From Octopus vulgaris (lineage: Eukaryota), in assembly GCA_951406725.2 (NCBI GenBank), contig OX597817.1, forward strand, positions 75,578,001 to 75,642,000: a stretch of DNA of 64,000 nt, read 5' to 3'. The notes below the pieces were generated by a model. It saw only the letters and a list, made by a program, of their open reading frames with translations. It made no database searches and was not told the DNA's origin. The position numbers and the translations under genes are program-made. Shown here one piece after another: positions 39,058 to 51,700 of this stretch. The stretch's first letter is position 1, and each line of letters begins with the position of its first letter.

Positions 39058-39445
39058 GTAAAGGTAAGATCCAGAAATCAAGATGTAGGAAGTTAGTGAG
39101 CTTCCAGCAACCCGTAGATGGTATAAAAAACAACTTTCAAGAAAAATATTGGCGCAGAAGGTTGTGAATTTCCCCTTATTGAAGTACGATAAACTGAAAA
39201 AAGTTAATTTTACAGTTCACTGTTAGCAACAAGCGTTGTTGCATTTGCAAATAAACATCAAAATTTAGGGAATGGGATAGGTAAGGTTCAGACTACATCT
39301 GTTTCATAGCTAGCGGAACTTCGGAAGTAGTAAATTATGCAAACGAGGGATAGACCGTAAGCTACTTTCAGGCTATGAGTACCTTGATTATGTGAAGTTT
39401 ACATTGTCGTTAGGAGATCCCGTGCAAACTCATCAGGGATTCGAT
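39058..39445 (-). mobile_element. ~390-bp dispersed repeat, copy 1, with degenerate long-stem-II hammerhead (39288-39375)
   Basis: Colinear with 60298-60675 over its full length. Both copies abut (TG)n/(TA)n at the same end. Confidence 0.8.
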
Positions 39446-39454
39446 AGAGTAAAG

Positions 39455-39715
39455 AGCCTCTTCAGTCATGAATTACTATGGGATTACACCTAAAAAGTTT
39501 CCCTCCGAAGTACAAGTCCGGGCAAGGTTGTTTATGGAGGATCAGTAGTCGCCTATGCATACCAGCTTCATCTCTATACGCAACCGAAAGGCAAAGGCCA
39601 GTACAACTTGGCCAGTGACGTCTCAACTCATTTCTACAGTGGAGTGAACTGGAGCTCAAGAATACACATCTCGATCCAGGAATCGAACTCACTACCTCAT
39701 GATTGTGAGTCGGGC
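39455..39715 (-). mobile_element. Decayed tRNA-headed SINE of a further family
   Basis: Minus strand GAGTTCGATTCCTGGATCG (B box), CTCCAGTTCACTCCACTGTAGAAATGAGT body and a distinct tail. Confidence 0.5.
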
Positions 39716-40104
39716 GCTATACACTCACATACACTCACACACACACACTCACACTCACGCTTACGCACACACACACATATATATATATATACATACAAGT
39801 CGTCGAGGACTTGGTGCGGTGGCACGGTGGCGCGCTCGCGTGTTTCAGCCGTTACTCTGGTGCCGACCAACGGCGGGAACTGACACTGGCAGTTCGGCTT
39901 ACGATAATGTAAATGTTTTCTTTTAATTTCATTCCATTTCATTTGCTTGGAAAATCTGAAGAATTTCTATACCTGTTTATAAATAAACTAAGGAACAATC
40001 CCTTCGCTCTTTTCTGCGTAATCGTATTATTATTACCGATGTATATACACATATACATGCATGCATACATTCATACATACACGCATACATACATAATATT
40101 ATTT

Positions 40105-40435
40105 TAATTGTTTCAGTCATATGACTGTAGACATGCTAGAACACTGCCTTAAAGGGTTTTTTATTCGAGGAAATCGACCCAGGACTTATTCTTTGTAAGC
40201 CTAATGCTTATTCTATAGGGTTCTTTTGCCGTGCTATTAAGTTACGGGGACGTAAACACACCAACATCGGTTGTCAAGCGATGGTGGTGGTTGACAAATA
40301 TAGACACAAAGACACACTCACACAAATACAAACACATACATGCACACATCAACATACAACAGGTTTCTTTCAGTTTCCGTCTATCAAATCCACTAATAAG
40401 GCTCTGGTGGGCCCGAGGCTATGGTAGAGGACACT
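40105..40435 (-). mobile_element. Family-B SINE (3' two-thirds)
   Basis: Matches the family-B consensus. Confidence 0.85.
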
Positions 40436-40864
40436 ATAGTAGATTGGTGTATGTATATATGTATACATATGTATATATATGTATATATGTATGTATAGAT
40501 AGATGCCTAATTATATGTATGTACATACGCGTATGTACGTGAATGTTTGTGTATGTATATATGTGTGAGTGTATGTATGTGTGTATATAGGCACATAGAT
40601 ATATAGGTTTGTGTGTGGGAGTTTATGCGTGAGCTTCTGTGTGTATGTGTGTATGTAACCGACCACTGAAATTCACATGTATAGCCGACCATGAAGAACA
40701 GATCAGTGACACAACCATAGTAGCCATCTGCTACCATTCATAGCAGTCCACCAAATGCACCCTGGCAGCGCACACTATGAGTTACTATTGAATTAAAACC
40801 ACGTCGGACGGAGGTAATGGCCTTGAAATTAACGATTTTAAACTAACTGAGACAACACTTGCAT

Positions 40865-40970
40865 ATCGCCTGAGGAAACAGAACTAGATTTCATTATGCA
40901 AACAAACAGTTGCGTAATCAAATACTTGTACTTTCGGAGAACTACGTTGCGTCGAAACAATTGTAGCGAT
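40865..40970 (+). ncRNA. Type I hammerhead ribozyme motif with 77-nt stem II region
   Basis: AUCGC-CUGAGGA-[77 nt]-GAAAC-AAUU-GUA-GCGAU: perfect 5-bp stem I, intact core, palindromic ACAAUUGU stem III. The first stem II pair is A.C instead of G-C. Confidence 0.6.
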
Positions 40971-41033
40971 TAGAAAATAACTGCCCAACTGTACTCCTTC
41001 GTGTTGGCTCCAATTTCTTCAATTTTATATATG

Positions 41034-41093
<60 letters not shown>

Positions 41094-41600
41094 CTTGCGT
41101 GTGTGTGTGTGAGTCTGTCTGTATGTGTGTGTTTCATTAGGGTTGCAGTAATTCATAATTTTATTTGACTGGTTTATTTAATGAAATAGTGCTATCTTCT
41201 ATATGCTGTGTGTGTGTATTCACATCTGTCGTAATATCAGAGTTGACAAAAGAACTGTACAGGAAACTCGATATAGAGGTTTCATGCACTGTAAACTATG
41301 GCATCGCTAAGGAATATCTACAAACAAAGAATAAATCATCAGTCAGATAAAATGTCCGAAAGTGAAAATGTGAACGTATTTTTGCACAGAAATTAAAGGA
41401 AAACATCTAGATGTTATTGTCAAATACCACAAGAAAATGTCGCCCACAAAATGCATTGATTTCAGCGTCCGAGAATTTATTTATGAAAGAAATGGGAATA
41501 CTGTCTATTTATATAAAGACCTGAAAATAATCACTTTGTTGAGTTTGGAGATTTCAAATAGAACCAATCTCCGTACCGATAGACTTGAAAATGACAGAGA

Positions 41601-41635
<35 letters not shown>

Positions 41636-41859
41636 CGAAAACACACACACACAGAGCATATAGAAAATAACAGTATATATAGAAAATAACACAGATATTA
41701 CGGAGGGTAGTAATAACATTACAATAGACTAACTTAAAACAAAACACAATACTTCGTCTTGGAGCTGCATTCATTTACGAAATGGAAATAGGCAAAAAGA
41801 ATAAATCGACTAGAATGAAAATAGTAATTTTTTTCTACTATTATCTCAAGTGCTTGAAA

Positions 41860-42035
41860 CATCGGAGGAACAGGCGAGTCAATTACATCGACTTCTGTGG
41901 TACTTATTTTATTGACTCCGAAAGAATGAGAGCAAAGTCGATCTCAGAAGTATTTGAACCTAGAAGGTAAAGACAGAATAAATGCCGCTAAGTACTTTCT
42001 CTGACATGCTGTCAATTCCGCCAGCTCACCGCTTT
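41860..42035 (-). mobile_element. Decayed family-A SINE
   Basis: Matches the family-A reverse complement (caaagtcga, tttgaac, ttccgccagctcaccgc). Confidence 0.7.
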
Positions 42036-42057
42036 ATGGAATGAAAGCAATAATAAA

Positions 42058-42409
42058 AACAAGAGCACTCAAAGAGCGCAAACCTCCACCAGGACAACAC
42101 CAACGTCCTCTCAACGATTAACCAGAAATTATTTTAAAAATGAGAATATCTGAAATAAACTTGACTGCTCTCACAAACAAGAATACTAGAAATGAACCCG
42201 ACCGCTCTCAAAAATTAAGTAAAAAAGAGGAAAAATAATCCAGAATCCTTGTCCGATACCGGATCGATCCCAAAATATAATCAGTTCGTGCCATTCACGA
42301 GGTCAAACATCCCTGAAAGTTTCATCTGAATCCATCCAGCGGTTCTTGAGATATCTTGTCCACGGACAAATAAACAAACAAACAAACAAACACGACTGAA
42401 AATAATACC
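42058..42409 (-). mobile_element. Helentron-type (DINE-1/HINE-like) non-autonomous element, one end truncated
   Basis: AACAAGAGCACTCAAAGAGCGCAAACCTCCACCAGG end (hairpin plus subTIR-like ACCTCC.CCA.GG) at an A/T run; internal CCGGATCGATCCCAAAATATAATCA, AAAGTTTCATCTGAATCC and (AAAC)n. Confidence 0.65.
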
Positions 42410-42646
42410 TAATCAATGCGTCTGTTTAATTAGTGTCTTGGATGTCTTAACCAAAATATAATAACATTTATTTTCACAGGATCTCATCTAAAAATACCGA
42501 ACTACCAAGAATCAGCATTTTGTTATTTTTTTCATTAGTGAAATGAAAAATATAAAGTACACTACCTTTATGCATTTATTTAATGAAAGGTATTTTATTA
42601 ATTTTTCTTTCATATAATTTTTTCTATGAAAACTATCGCTAAATAT

Positions 42647-43079
42647 GGATCTTTTCACTTTGACCGGCAGATTTAAAAAATAATTTCTAGTTAACTAAAC
42701 ACTTTAAAACTTCGTACTCTGGTAGAATGTGTCACATAAAACATCTTCTTCTCTTGACGTTCTTGAGAAAATTCTGTAGTTTGTAAGCTACTTGTTGTTA
42801 AATTTCTCGTATTTCGGCAATTTCAATCAATCAATGACGTCTATTGAGGTGACAAACAACAGCAGTAATTGTATTCACCTCAATAGACGTCACTGATTGG
42901 TTGAAATTGCCGAAATACGAGAAACTTAACAACAAATATCTTACAAACTACAGAATTTTCTCAAGAACGCTAAGAGAAAAAGATGTTTTATGTGACACAT
43001 TCTACCAGTATACGAAGTTTAAAAGTGTTTAGTTACAAAAAATTATTTTTAAAATCTGCCGGTCAAACTGAAAAGATTC
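42647..43079. mobile_element. Palindromic MITE (433 bp) with 8-bp TSD, Merlin-like
   Basis: ~205-bp inverted arms around a ~21-nt spacer, termini GGATCTTTTCA / TGAAAAGATTC, direct repeat CTAAATAT at 42639-42646 and 43080-43087. GG termini with an 8-bp TSD fit Merlin/IS1016. Confidence 0.85.
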
Positions 43080-43362
43080 CTAAATATTCATAAAGATCAC
43101 CCCTTATCACCAATACTTAAATAATATCTAAGTACATATTGCTTCGGAGATTTGAAACTCTCACCCTTCCAGAGAGCCGACGCTTAGCACATCCAGTATC
43201 ATATTATTATAGGCATTATCCTTAAATAATTCCTGCGGCGTGTATTAATAACAGCTCAGCTTGGTGAACTGTGGCGATGTGTAAGGAAGACGTTTCTGAC
43301 CAGAAATACTGATAAACACCAGTAACAAATATTCATGACCCATAAGCATCTGTAAGTATTCC

Positions 43363-43364
43363 AT

Positions 43365-43425
<61 letters not shown>

Positions 43426-43447
43426 GCTGCTTCTGCTGCTGTTGTTG

Positions 43448-43508
<61 letters not shown>

Positions 43509-43516
43509 TATTATTA
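43363..43516. repeat. Compound trinucleotide tract (CTA)n(CTG)n(TTG)n(TTA)n
   Basis: Seen directly. Confidence 0.95.
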
Positions 43517-43631
43517 TCTTGAAACTCATACATTCCTATCTACAAACATACACACACATTTACATATACACGCATGAAATATATATTTGTATATAGCACA
43601 CGCATTATAATGATATATGAACAAATTGTCT

Positions 43632-43670
<39 letters not shown>

Positions 43671-45369
43671 GGAGAGAGGGAGAGAGAGAGGGAGAGAAGG
43701 AGAGAGAAAGAGAAGGAGAGAGAGAGAGAATTCTAAACAGAATTAACTATTGAAGTACAGTTAATACACGTTTGTTGAAGTCTATTATCACACAACGGTT
43801 ACTTAAAATGTTTCTCCTCGGAGCTATCGTCTGCTGTTTGTTCAATCAATTAAAGTCAATTTCAAACCGCAACGAGCTAAATGGTCACGTTCCCTGGCTA
43901 TTATTAATTAGTGCTAATGTAACTTCTATGCTAACATAGGTATGTATTATACACGACAAATTCAAATACATGAGCTGCACACAAAGCTAGTTAGATTTTA
44001 AATATTTTTGCAAGAAATTTCATTTGATAAAAAGTAAATATTTATACGAGGGCAAGTAAAAAATAAACCTCCTAGAGGTTTATTGTTGATAGACATTTGG
44101 TGTGCTCCGGTTCAAATCCTGGCGTAATTAAAAAATACAATAAAACGATGAGACATCAGCTACATGGTGGCGCCTTTATCACCTGCCTAACTTTATTAGC
44201 ATCACACCAATAGCCGTGTAAATTTTAAGAAGCTATTCTGTCATAGCTTGTATAAGGCAACGCATTCTGGGTATTACAACAATTTGAATTTTTTCCAGTA
44301 TGAGCAAAACCTGCCATAAAATGTAATTTCACTAAAAAGAGAGAAGCTTTCGTCTTTCTGAGATATCAAGCTACTGTATTTTAAAATCTTGTTACATAAA
44401 TTTATTAAAAGGTAACACATTTGCATGAGTTCTTTAGTTTATAAAGAAACCATCTGTTTAATTTATTGCGTATTTGTAGAAGATACTCTAGAAAAATGCA
44501 GATTTCAGCAAAACCTTCATTTGCGAATGTAGAGATGATCGAAAATGAATAAGTGAAGCTAATTAACGTGCATAATTGAAATAATTTGAGTTTAGTAAGT
44601 AGCACATTGATTAAACTTGGTATACGCTTACTTGTTCTTCAGCTGCACACTTTAGAAGAACGACCGATACAACATTGCATTAAATATGCAAAGAGGCTAA
44701 CTAAGCATTCGAATCTTGAATATGCAAATAAGGCATAATAATTTTTTTCAAAATTCTCTGCTGCATTAAAATCTTCAATTTTCTACTGTTAGAAATTTCA
44801 CAATATATGAATATAATTACATTGTTGTATCTGTTAAAAGTAACCGTCTGTTTCAATAAAGTGTACAGCTATAATACTATAGATAACTTTTTGGGGCCAT
44901 TTATTTGTGTGTTTTCGCTTTCTTTGTAGAGAGTCTGTGTATAGTAATAGAAATTCTGGACTTTGTGAATTTAAAAAATCGCTAGGTTTTTAAATCGGTC
45001 CGAAATCAATTTATATGCAAAATATATCTGTTGAAATGATCGTAAGTCTGTCAGAGCAAACATTTTGTGATAGCTGGACACGTATCAACGAGAACAAAAT
45101 TCACAGTTATCAATTATGTAAATGGCATATAAATCTATTGAATGTGACACATGAATAATCAGTATTATTTGAGGCAGATATTCAAAATCTAGGGCAGTTA
45201 ATCAGTGAATCTTTCTAAGAAAATATATATATAATTCAAGTTACAAAAGCAGATCAATATTATAAAATTTTACAACATATATAATTTAATATAGAATTGT
45301 AAAATTCTATATTTAAAAAAAGTTTGTTCATAACAATTAGAAATCCTTTAACAAAACCACGAGTTTCAA

Positions 45370-45580
45370 TATTCTTTTCTAGGTACAAGGGCCAACATTC
45401 TTGGGAAGGGGGCAGTCGATTAGATCAACCCCAGTACGAAACTGGAACTTAATTTATTGACTTCGCAAGGATGAAAGGCAGAGTCTACCTCGGCGGAATT
45501 TGAACTCAGTACGTAAAGACAGACGAAATAACGGTAAGCATTTCACCCGGCGTGCTAACGATTCTGCCAGCTCGTCACCT
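45370..45580 (-). mobile_element. Family-A SINE, tail type 2, head-to-head with the array
   Basis: Reverse complement of family A, with its head ~30 bp from the head at 45611. Confidence 0.9.
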
Positions 45581-45610
45581 TACAAGTTTCACTATTCGTT
45601 ACAATATAAA

Positions 45611-46370
45611 GGCGAAGAGCTGGCAGAAACGTTAGCGCGCCGGGCGAAATGCTTAGCGGTATTTCGTCTACCGTTACGTTGTGAGTTCAAATTCCGCCGA
45701 GGTCGACTTTGCCTTTCATCCTTTCGGGGTCGATAAATTAAGTACCAGTTACGCACTGGGGTCGATGTAATCGACTTAATACCTATGTCTGTCCTTGTTT
45801 GTCCCCTTTATGTTTAGCCCCTTGTGGGTAATAAAGAAATAGGTATTTCGTCTGCCGTTACGTTCTGAGTTCAAATTCCGCCGAGGTCAACTTTGCCTTT
45901 CATCCTTTCGGAGTCGATTAAATAAGTACCAGTTACGCACTGGGGTCGATATAATCGACTTAATCCGGTTGTCTGTCCTTGTTTGCCCCCTCTGTGTTTA
46001 GCCCTTTGTGGATAGTAAAAAAATAGGTATTTCTGCTGCCGCTACGTTCTGAGTTCAAATTCCGCCGAGGTCGACTTTGCCTTTCATCCTTTCGGGGTGG
46101 ATAAAGTACCAGTTGCGCACTGGGGTCGATCTAATCGACTTAATCCGGTTGTCTGTCCTTGTTTGCCCCCTCTGTGTTTAGCCCCTTGTGGATAGTAAAG
46201 AAATAGGTATTTCGTCTGCCGCTACGTTCTGAGTTCAAATTCCACCGAGCTTGACTTTGCCTTTCATCCTTTCGGGATCGATAAAGTACCAGTTGCGCAC
46301 TGGGGTCGATCTAATCGATTGGCCCCCTCCCGGCAAATTTCGGGCCTTGTGCCTAGAGTAGAGAATAATA
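45611..46370 (+). mobile_element. Tetrameric tandem array of family-A SINE
   Basis: One complete head, then units restarting at internal GGTATTTC at 45842, 46026 and 46206. Units 1-3 have tail type 1; unit 4 has tail type 2. Confidence 0.95.
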
Positions 46371-46384
46371 CTTGTTAAAATATT

Positions 46385-46695
46385 GGTTTCAAATTTTGGC
46401 AAAAGGCCAGCAATTTCGTGTGACCCCCCCCAGTGCTCAACTGATACTTATTTTATCAGCCATGAAGGGATGGAAGGCAAAGCAGATCTCGGCGGCATTT
46501 GAACTGAGAACGTAAAGTGAGAAGAAATGCCACTAAGCACTTTTGGGGAACGGGCTAGTCTATTACATCGACCCCAGTTTTCAGCTGGTACTTATTTTAT
46601 AGACCCTCTCCCCGCCACCGAAAGGATGTAAGGCAAAGTCGACCTCGGTGGAATTTGAATTCAGAATGTAAATGATTCTACTGCATCGCTGCCTT
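46385..46695 (-). mobile_element. Two decayed family-A SINE copies
   Basis: Repeated aaggcaaag..ctcgg..atttgaa motifs. Confidence 0.75.
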
Positions 46696-47857
46696 TGCTA
46701 CAATTGGCGAGAAAAAATATATTCAAATCGGTATTTACTTGATCACAAATCACTTTTTAATTTTTCATAAAATCTGTTAATTTGCTTATTTTTGATATGG
46801 AATCTTTCATGTTGCGTCATGCAATCTTAGTCCTTTTACAGTTGACCCGACAATAGAACATTTCATTCGGTACGCATATGGCATCATTTACTTGCGACTT
46901 ACACTTTGTATTATAATGTCCATCTTTTCCGGCTCTTTACGTTCTACCTGCAAATCCAGCCGAGGCCAACTTTACCTTTCATCTCACCATAGTCAATAAA
47001 ATAAAATACGAGTATCAAGGTTTTTTGAATGCTGACATGATACGCCACGAACGGAACATTCCACAAAGTACTGGGAAAGTTCCACCACATACAGCTTTTG
47101 CGTGCCGCTATGAGAGGTGAGCTCACCTATCCTGTGTGGGTATTTCTCATCTCAAATGAACTGGCCGCTTGGCAGCATTTTGTTTCAGTCGTCACAGTAA
47201 CATCTTCGCTCGTTACCCACTGTGACAACTGCTTCTAACAGTTCTACCCGCTCTCGCCGCCTTAATGTTCACTACAATATAGATTTCAAAATCTGTAGTT
47301 TGAAGATATTGTGGAAACTGTCTGAAAAGAGGCTTGCACATAACCCTATGGGTAATAAGGAAAAGAGAAGAGAAAACCTTTATTTCTATCTATAACACAG
47401 AATGTTAACTTGTTGAAAAAATTGACAGTGGTGTAAGAATGAAGTAGCTAACTGAGTAGTTAAGAATTAGAACAACTATTTACGACCTGAAAAAACAGAT
47501 AGGCAAACTGTAACAGTTCTATGCTGAAAGTGATGTACGAAAAATAGGAAAACATTATACAGAACGAATAAGGAAGTTTTCGAATGAGATCTGTACTGTA
47601 ACTTTAATCAAAGCATGACATCGTAAGTGAAGACTAATATATTACATTTTTGATGGTAAGAAGTATAACAAATTATTAAAAATGTATATAAAACTACATT
47701 CAGGATACATGTACAAACAATATTATGAAATGTAAATGGATATTGTGTTTAGACTTGGGTCCCATCACTAAGCTGTCTCATTTTATAGATGAAAATATAA
47801 AAATTTGAAATTCGCAACACTTTCGCCTCCAGGAATTTCGGATAAAGAATTTCTCAA

Positions 47858-47903
<46 letters not shown>

Positions 47904-47907
47904 ATAC

Positions 47908-47958
<51 letters not shown>

Positions 47959-48064
47959 ATACATTTGCATAGTTGCATGTATGTATACTCGTACAGACCA
48001 CTACACACACACACACACACATATATCTATATATATAGAGAGAGTTTTTGAAGAGATGTACAGG

Positions 48065-48116
<52 letters not shown>

Positions 48117-48170
48117 CACTATATGACGTTTATATACACATATACATATGTTATGCGTATATGTATATAA

Positions 48171-48236
<66 letters not shown>

Positions 48237-49246
48237 ATGTATAAACACACATGCACACAAATAATGTGTTAGATACATTGAACAATATACATACATTTAC
48301 ATACGTACATGTATAGATATATTATATGTATAATAAATACGTACATAAACACAACCGCACATACAGTCATGTGTACGTATATGTCTTACATACATACACA
48401 CATTCATAAATGCATACAAAAACACATATGGTCACACATACGTACACAGTCCTATATTAACATTATACAAGTGTGTATGTGTGTATGTATTTATGAGTGT
48501 GTATGTGTGTAACGATGAGAAAATGGCAGCTTTCGTCTACAAAAATTTTCGTTGTTGGAAAAATTCCATTGTTTTTCAGAATAGAATAAGTAATTACCAC
48601 TTTGATATTGTTTTATTGTACTTATTTCTATTCTGATATTGTTCTTGTCTCAATAGGTTCAATTTTATTAGTTTTTATTATTGTTTTGATTTTTAAACGG
48701 TTTTTCTACTTAAAATCAAAGTTGTATTTATTGTTTTACTTAAACAATCGTAGAGAAGATATTGTCTTTGTTGTTAATATTGTTTGTTTCCCTTGATCAG
48801 CCCCGATGAAGTAGATCGGAAGTAAAAGGTGTTACAATCCAGCTGTGACCGTCCCGTTCTAGTCTATATCCCAGACATATAATATCCAGGAATACATTAT
48901 CCAATGTACTATTTCCGTATTTCTCAAGCCGTCACGGTCTGTATAATTTGTGGGAGGTTTGGTTCCTATTTCTACCGAGGTGAGTTATCTACCTTTATTG
49001 ACGCCAGCTCGTCAAATGTAGTGATTTAGCTCTAGGTTAGCTTCGATCATATTAAACTATGATCAGAGTCATTCCAGGCATATTATACCACGACTATTAC
49101 TGCTACCATCATAAGCATTTCACTCAGCGTGAAATGCATATTAAAATGCATATTAAAATTTGCAGAATATAGCGGTATAATATATGTATAGTAAAGTATA
49201 GTATAGTATAATATAGTATATATATATATATATCTATATATATATC

Positions 49247-49650
49247 GGCTGCGTGGTAAGAAGCTTGCTTCTCAACCACATGGTTCCGGGTTCAATACCA
49301 CTGCGTAGCACCATAGGCAAATGGCAAATATCTTCTTCTATAACCTGGGACTGACCAAAGCCTTGTGAGTGGATGGAAACTGAAAGAAGCACGTTATATA
49401 TATATATATATATATATATGGATATATTTTTGTGTGTGTGTATTTGCGTCTATGTTTGTCCCTCCATCACCATTGCTTGACAACCAATCTTGGTGTGTTT
49501 ACGTCTCCGTAACTTATCAGTTCGGCAAAAAAGACCGATAGAAGTCGAAGGCTTACAAGGAATAAGTCCTGGGGTCGATTTCTTCGAATAAAAAAACCTT
49601 TAAGGCGGTACTCCAGTATAGAAAATCAAATGACAGAAACAAGTAAAATA
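49247..49650 (+). mobile_element. Family-B SINE, near full length
   Basis: GGCTGCGTGGTAAGAAGCTTGC head through GAAACAAGTAAAA tail. Confidence 0.88.
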
Positions 49651-49672
49651 ATATATAAAATTCAGCAGATTT

Positions 49673-49747
<75 letters not shown>

Positions 49748-49753
<6 letters not shown>

Positions 49754-49987
49754 ATGTCACATTATTCGGTTGCCATAATAAAACTCCAAGTTTCGGATGT
49801 CGGGGCGGAAACCTGCTCCGGCATCTCGATAACTGAAGAGATGCCGGAGCAGGTTTCCGCCCCGACATCCGAAACTCGGAGTCTTATTATGACAACTGAA
49901 TAATTGTCACATATTATATTACAGATAAATTCCTCTATTTACATAATATCGAGGTCTCTTTTATTCTTTTGTTGTCTTACTTACCAT

Positions 49988-49990
<3 letters not shown>
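49748..49990 (+). mobile_element. Penelope pLTR-like mini-element with inverted partial duplication, embedded in (TA)n
   Basis: Arms 49748-49827 and 49838-49918 (central 38 bp perfect) with a 10-nt loop, a hammerhead motif, and long (TA)n on both sides. Confidence 0.75.
49828..49888 (+). ncRNA. Type I hammerhead ribozyme motif (predicted cleavage after GUC at 49883)
   Basis: GAUAA-CUGAAGA-GAUGCCGGAGCAG-GUUU-CCGCCCCGACAUC-C-GAAAC-UCGGA-GUC-UUAUU: all core residues present, stem I GAUAA/UUAUU, extended stem II, near-palindromic stem III ACUCGGAGU. Confidence 0.75.
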
Positions 49991-50057
<67 letters not shown>

Positions 50058-50679
50058 CTGTGTCTGTGTACGTATATACTTGCTTGCATCCGGATTACAT
50101 ACAGTTTACGATTACTAAATTCCATTCTCAAGACATAGGGAAACATGATGCTATATCAGAAGACACCCTACAAAGATGTTGTGCAATGGTACCGAACACA
50201 GAACCATCTAGTGGCGAACTGAAGACTTTAATAACAACACTGCACATCAAACCATACCAAACCTCATCAAAGCCTACACAAAACCTCGCTACACTACATT
50301 TAAATGTGCCACACACCAAACCACACATCATACAGGTATGCCTGATCGTTTTCTAAGAAGAATGTTGGTGAGAATCACCGTCTTATGAATAATTTAGACT
50401 CTCCTGACTACTGAAGCGTTTATAATTGATTGACAGAAGCAATATATTTTTCACTAATAATGCTTGTTTCTATGCTCCCCAGGGAGGAGGAAAGAAAAGA
50501 GCGAAAAATTAAAACCAAGATGAAGAAATGAAGAAGATTAGAACAAATGAAAACAACAATCCCTTTATTTACCGATATTACAGTTCTCTGTCCGAGAGGA
50601 GAGATGATTCTAATATTCAGTAGCAATGGACATTACAAGAAGATCTATGCAATTGAGAAAATATTAAAATGTTCAAACA

Positions 50680-51700
50680 TTCACTTGAGCATGCACGTAT
50701 AGACATATACGTATTCATATACCTTCATTTTTATGCATTCGTATATTCATACGTTTGCATGTTTAAATATACACATATGCACATAGCCATACGTACACGC
50801 ATATATTATCGCTCACACATAGCCATACATACACGCATATATTATCGCTCATTGTGTGTGTATACGTGTGGGTGTGATTGTGTGAGTGTGTCTATGTGTC
50901 TTGTATTTGTCGGGGAGGTGTGTGTCATTGTGTGTGTGCATGGTTGTGTGTACTAACAATACAAACAAAACAAATCACTCACAAATGCAGTACACACACA
51001 TGTGCACACACATACACACCTGGAAACTACATAAACCATACCCCCATATATATAGATATACACACACAAACGCATACTCAATACCAACACACACAAAACG
51101 CATATGCACACACATACACACCACCCAGATAAAACCAACACACATGGACACACACAGAACCTCTGATAAATACAACACACTTACACACATATACACACCC
51201 ACACATACCCAAACACACATACCCACGCACACATATATATGCATCCTCACACACACATACAGCTGCTCACATACACACACACCCCAAGGACAATTAAAAC
51301 ACAAACATACTCAGACACAACACACACTCATGTACATACACAGACTCACGTATGCACACATAACATCCCCACCACCAAAAAATATGCAAGCATACACACG
51401 CACCACAGACGCACACATACACACGCACCACAGACGCACACATACACAAACGCGAACAAACACATGCGCACACTTGCGCACACATAACACCCTAACAAAT
51501 ATTAATCACTCGCATACACACACACAAACGTGCACACATATACACACACCATCCTACCAAATATAAAACGCACAAAGAACATTTACATACACCACAATAA
51601 ACTCTGGGACCAATCAAAAACGGCCCACTCACAAACACAAACACATGTATATACACACACATAGAGACGTACACAGTGACACACACACTCACACCATTCT
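50680..51700. repeat. Degenerate CA/GT-rich low-complexity region
   Basis: Cryptic (CA)n-derived sequence, including a ~36-bp direct duplication at ~50780-50851. Source of the H/T-rich and C/V-rich ORFs. Confidence 0.85.

Noticed and set aside
45611-46370. CRISPR-like array
   Set aside because: Units are ~180-bp SINE bodies with no unique spacers; eukaryotic context, no cas genes.
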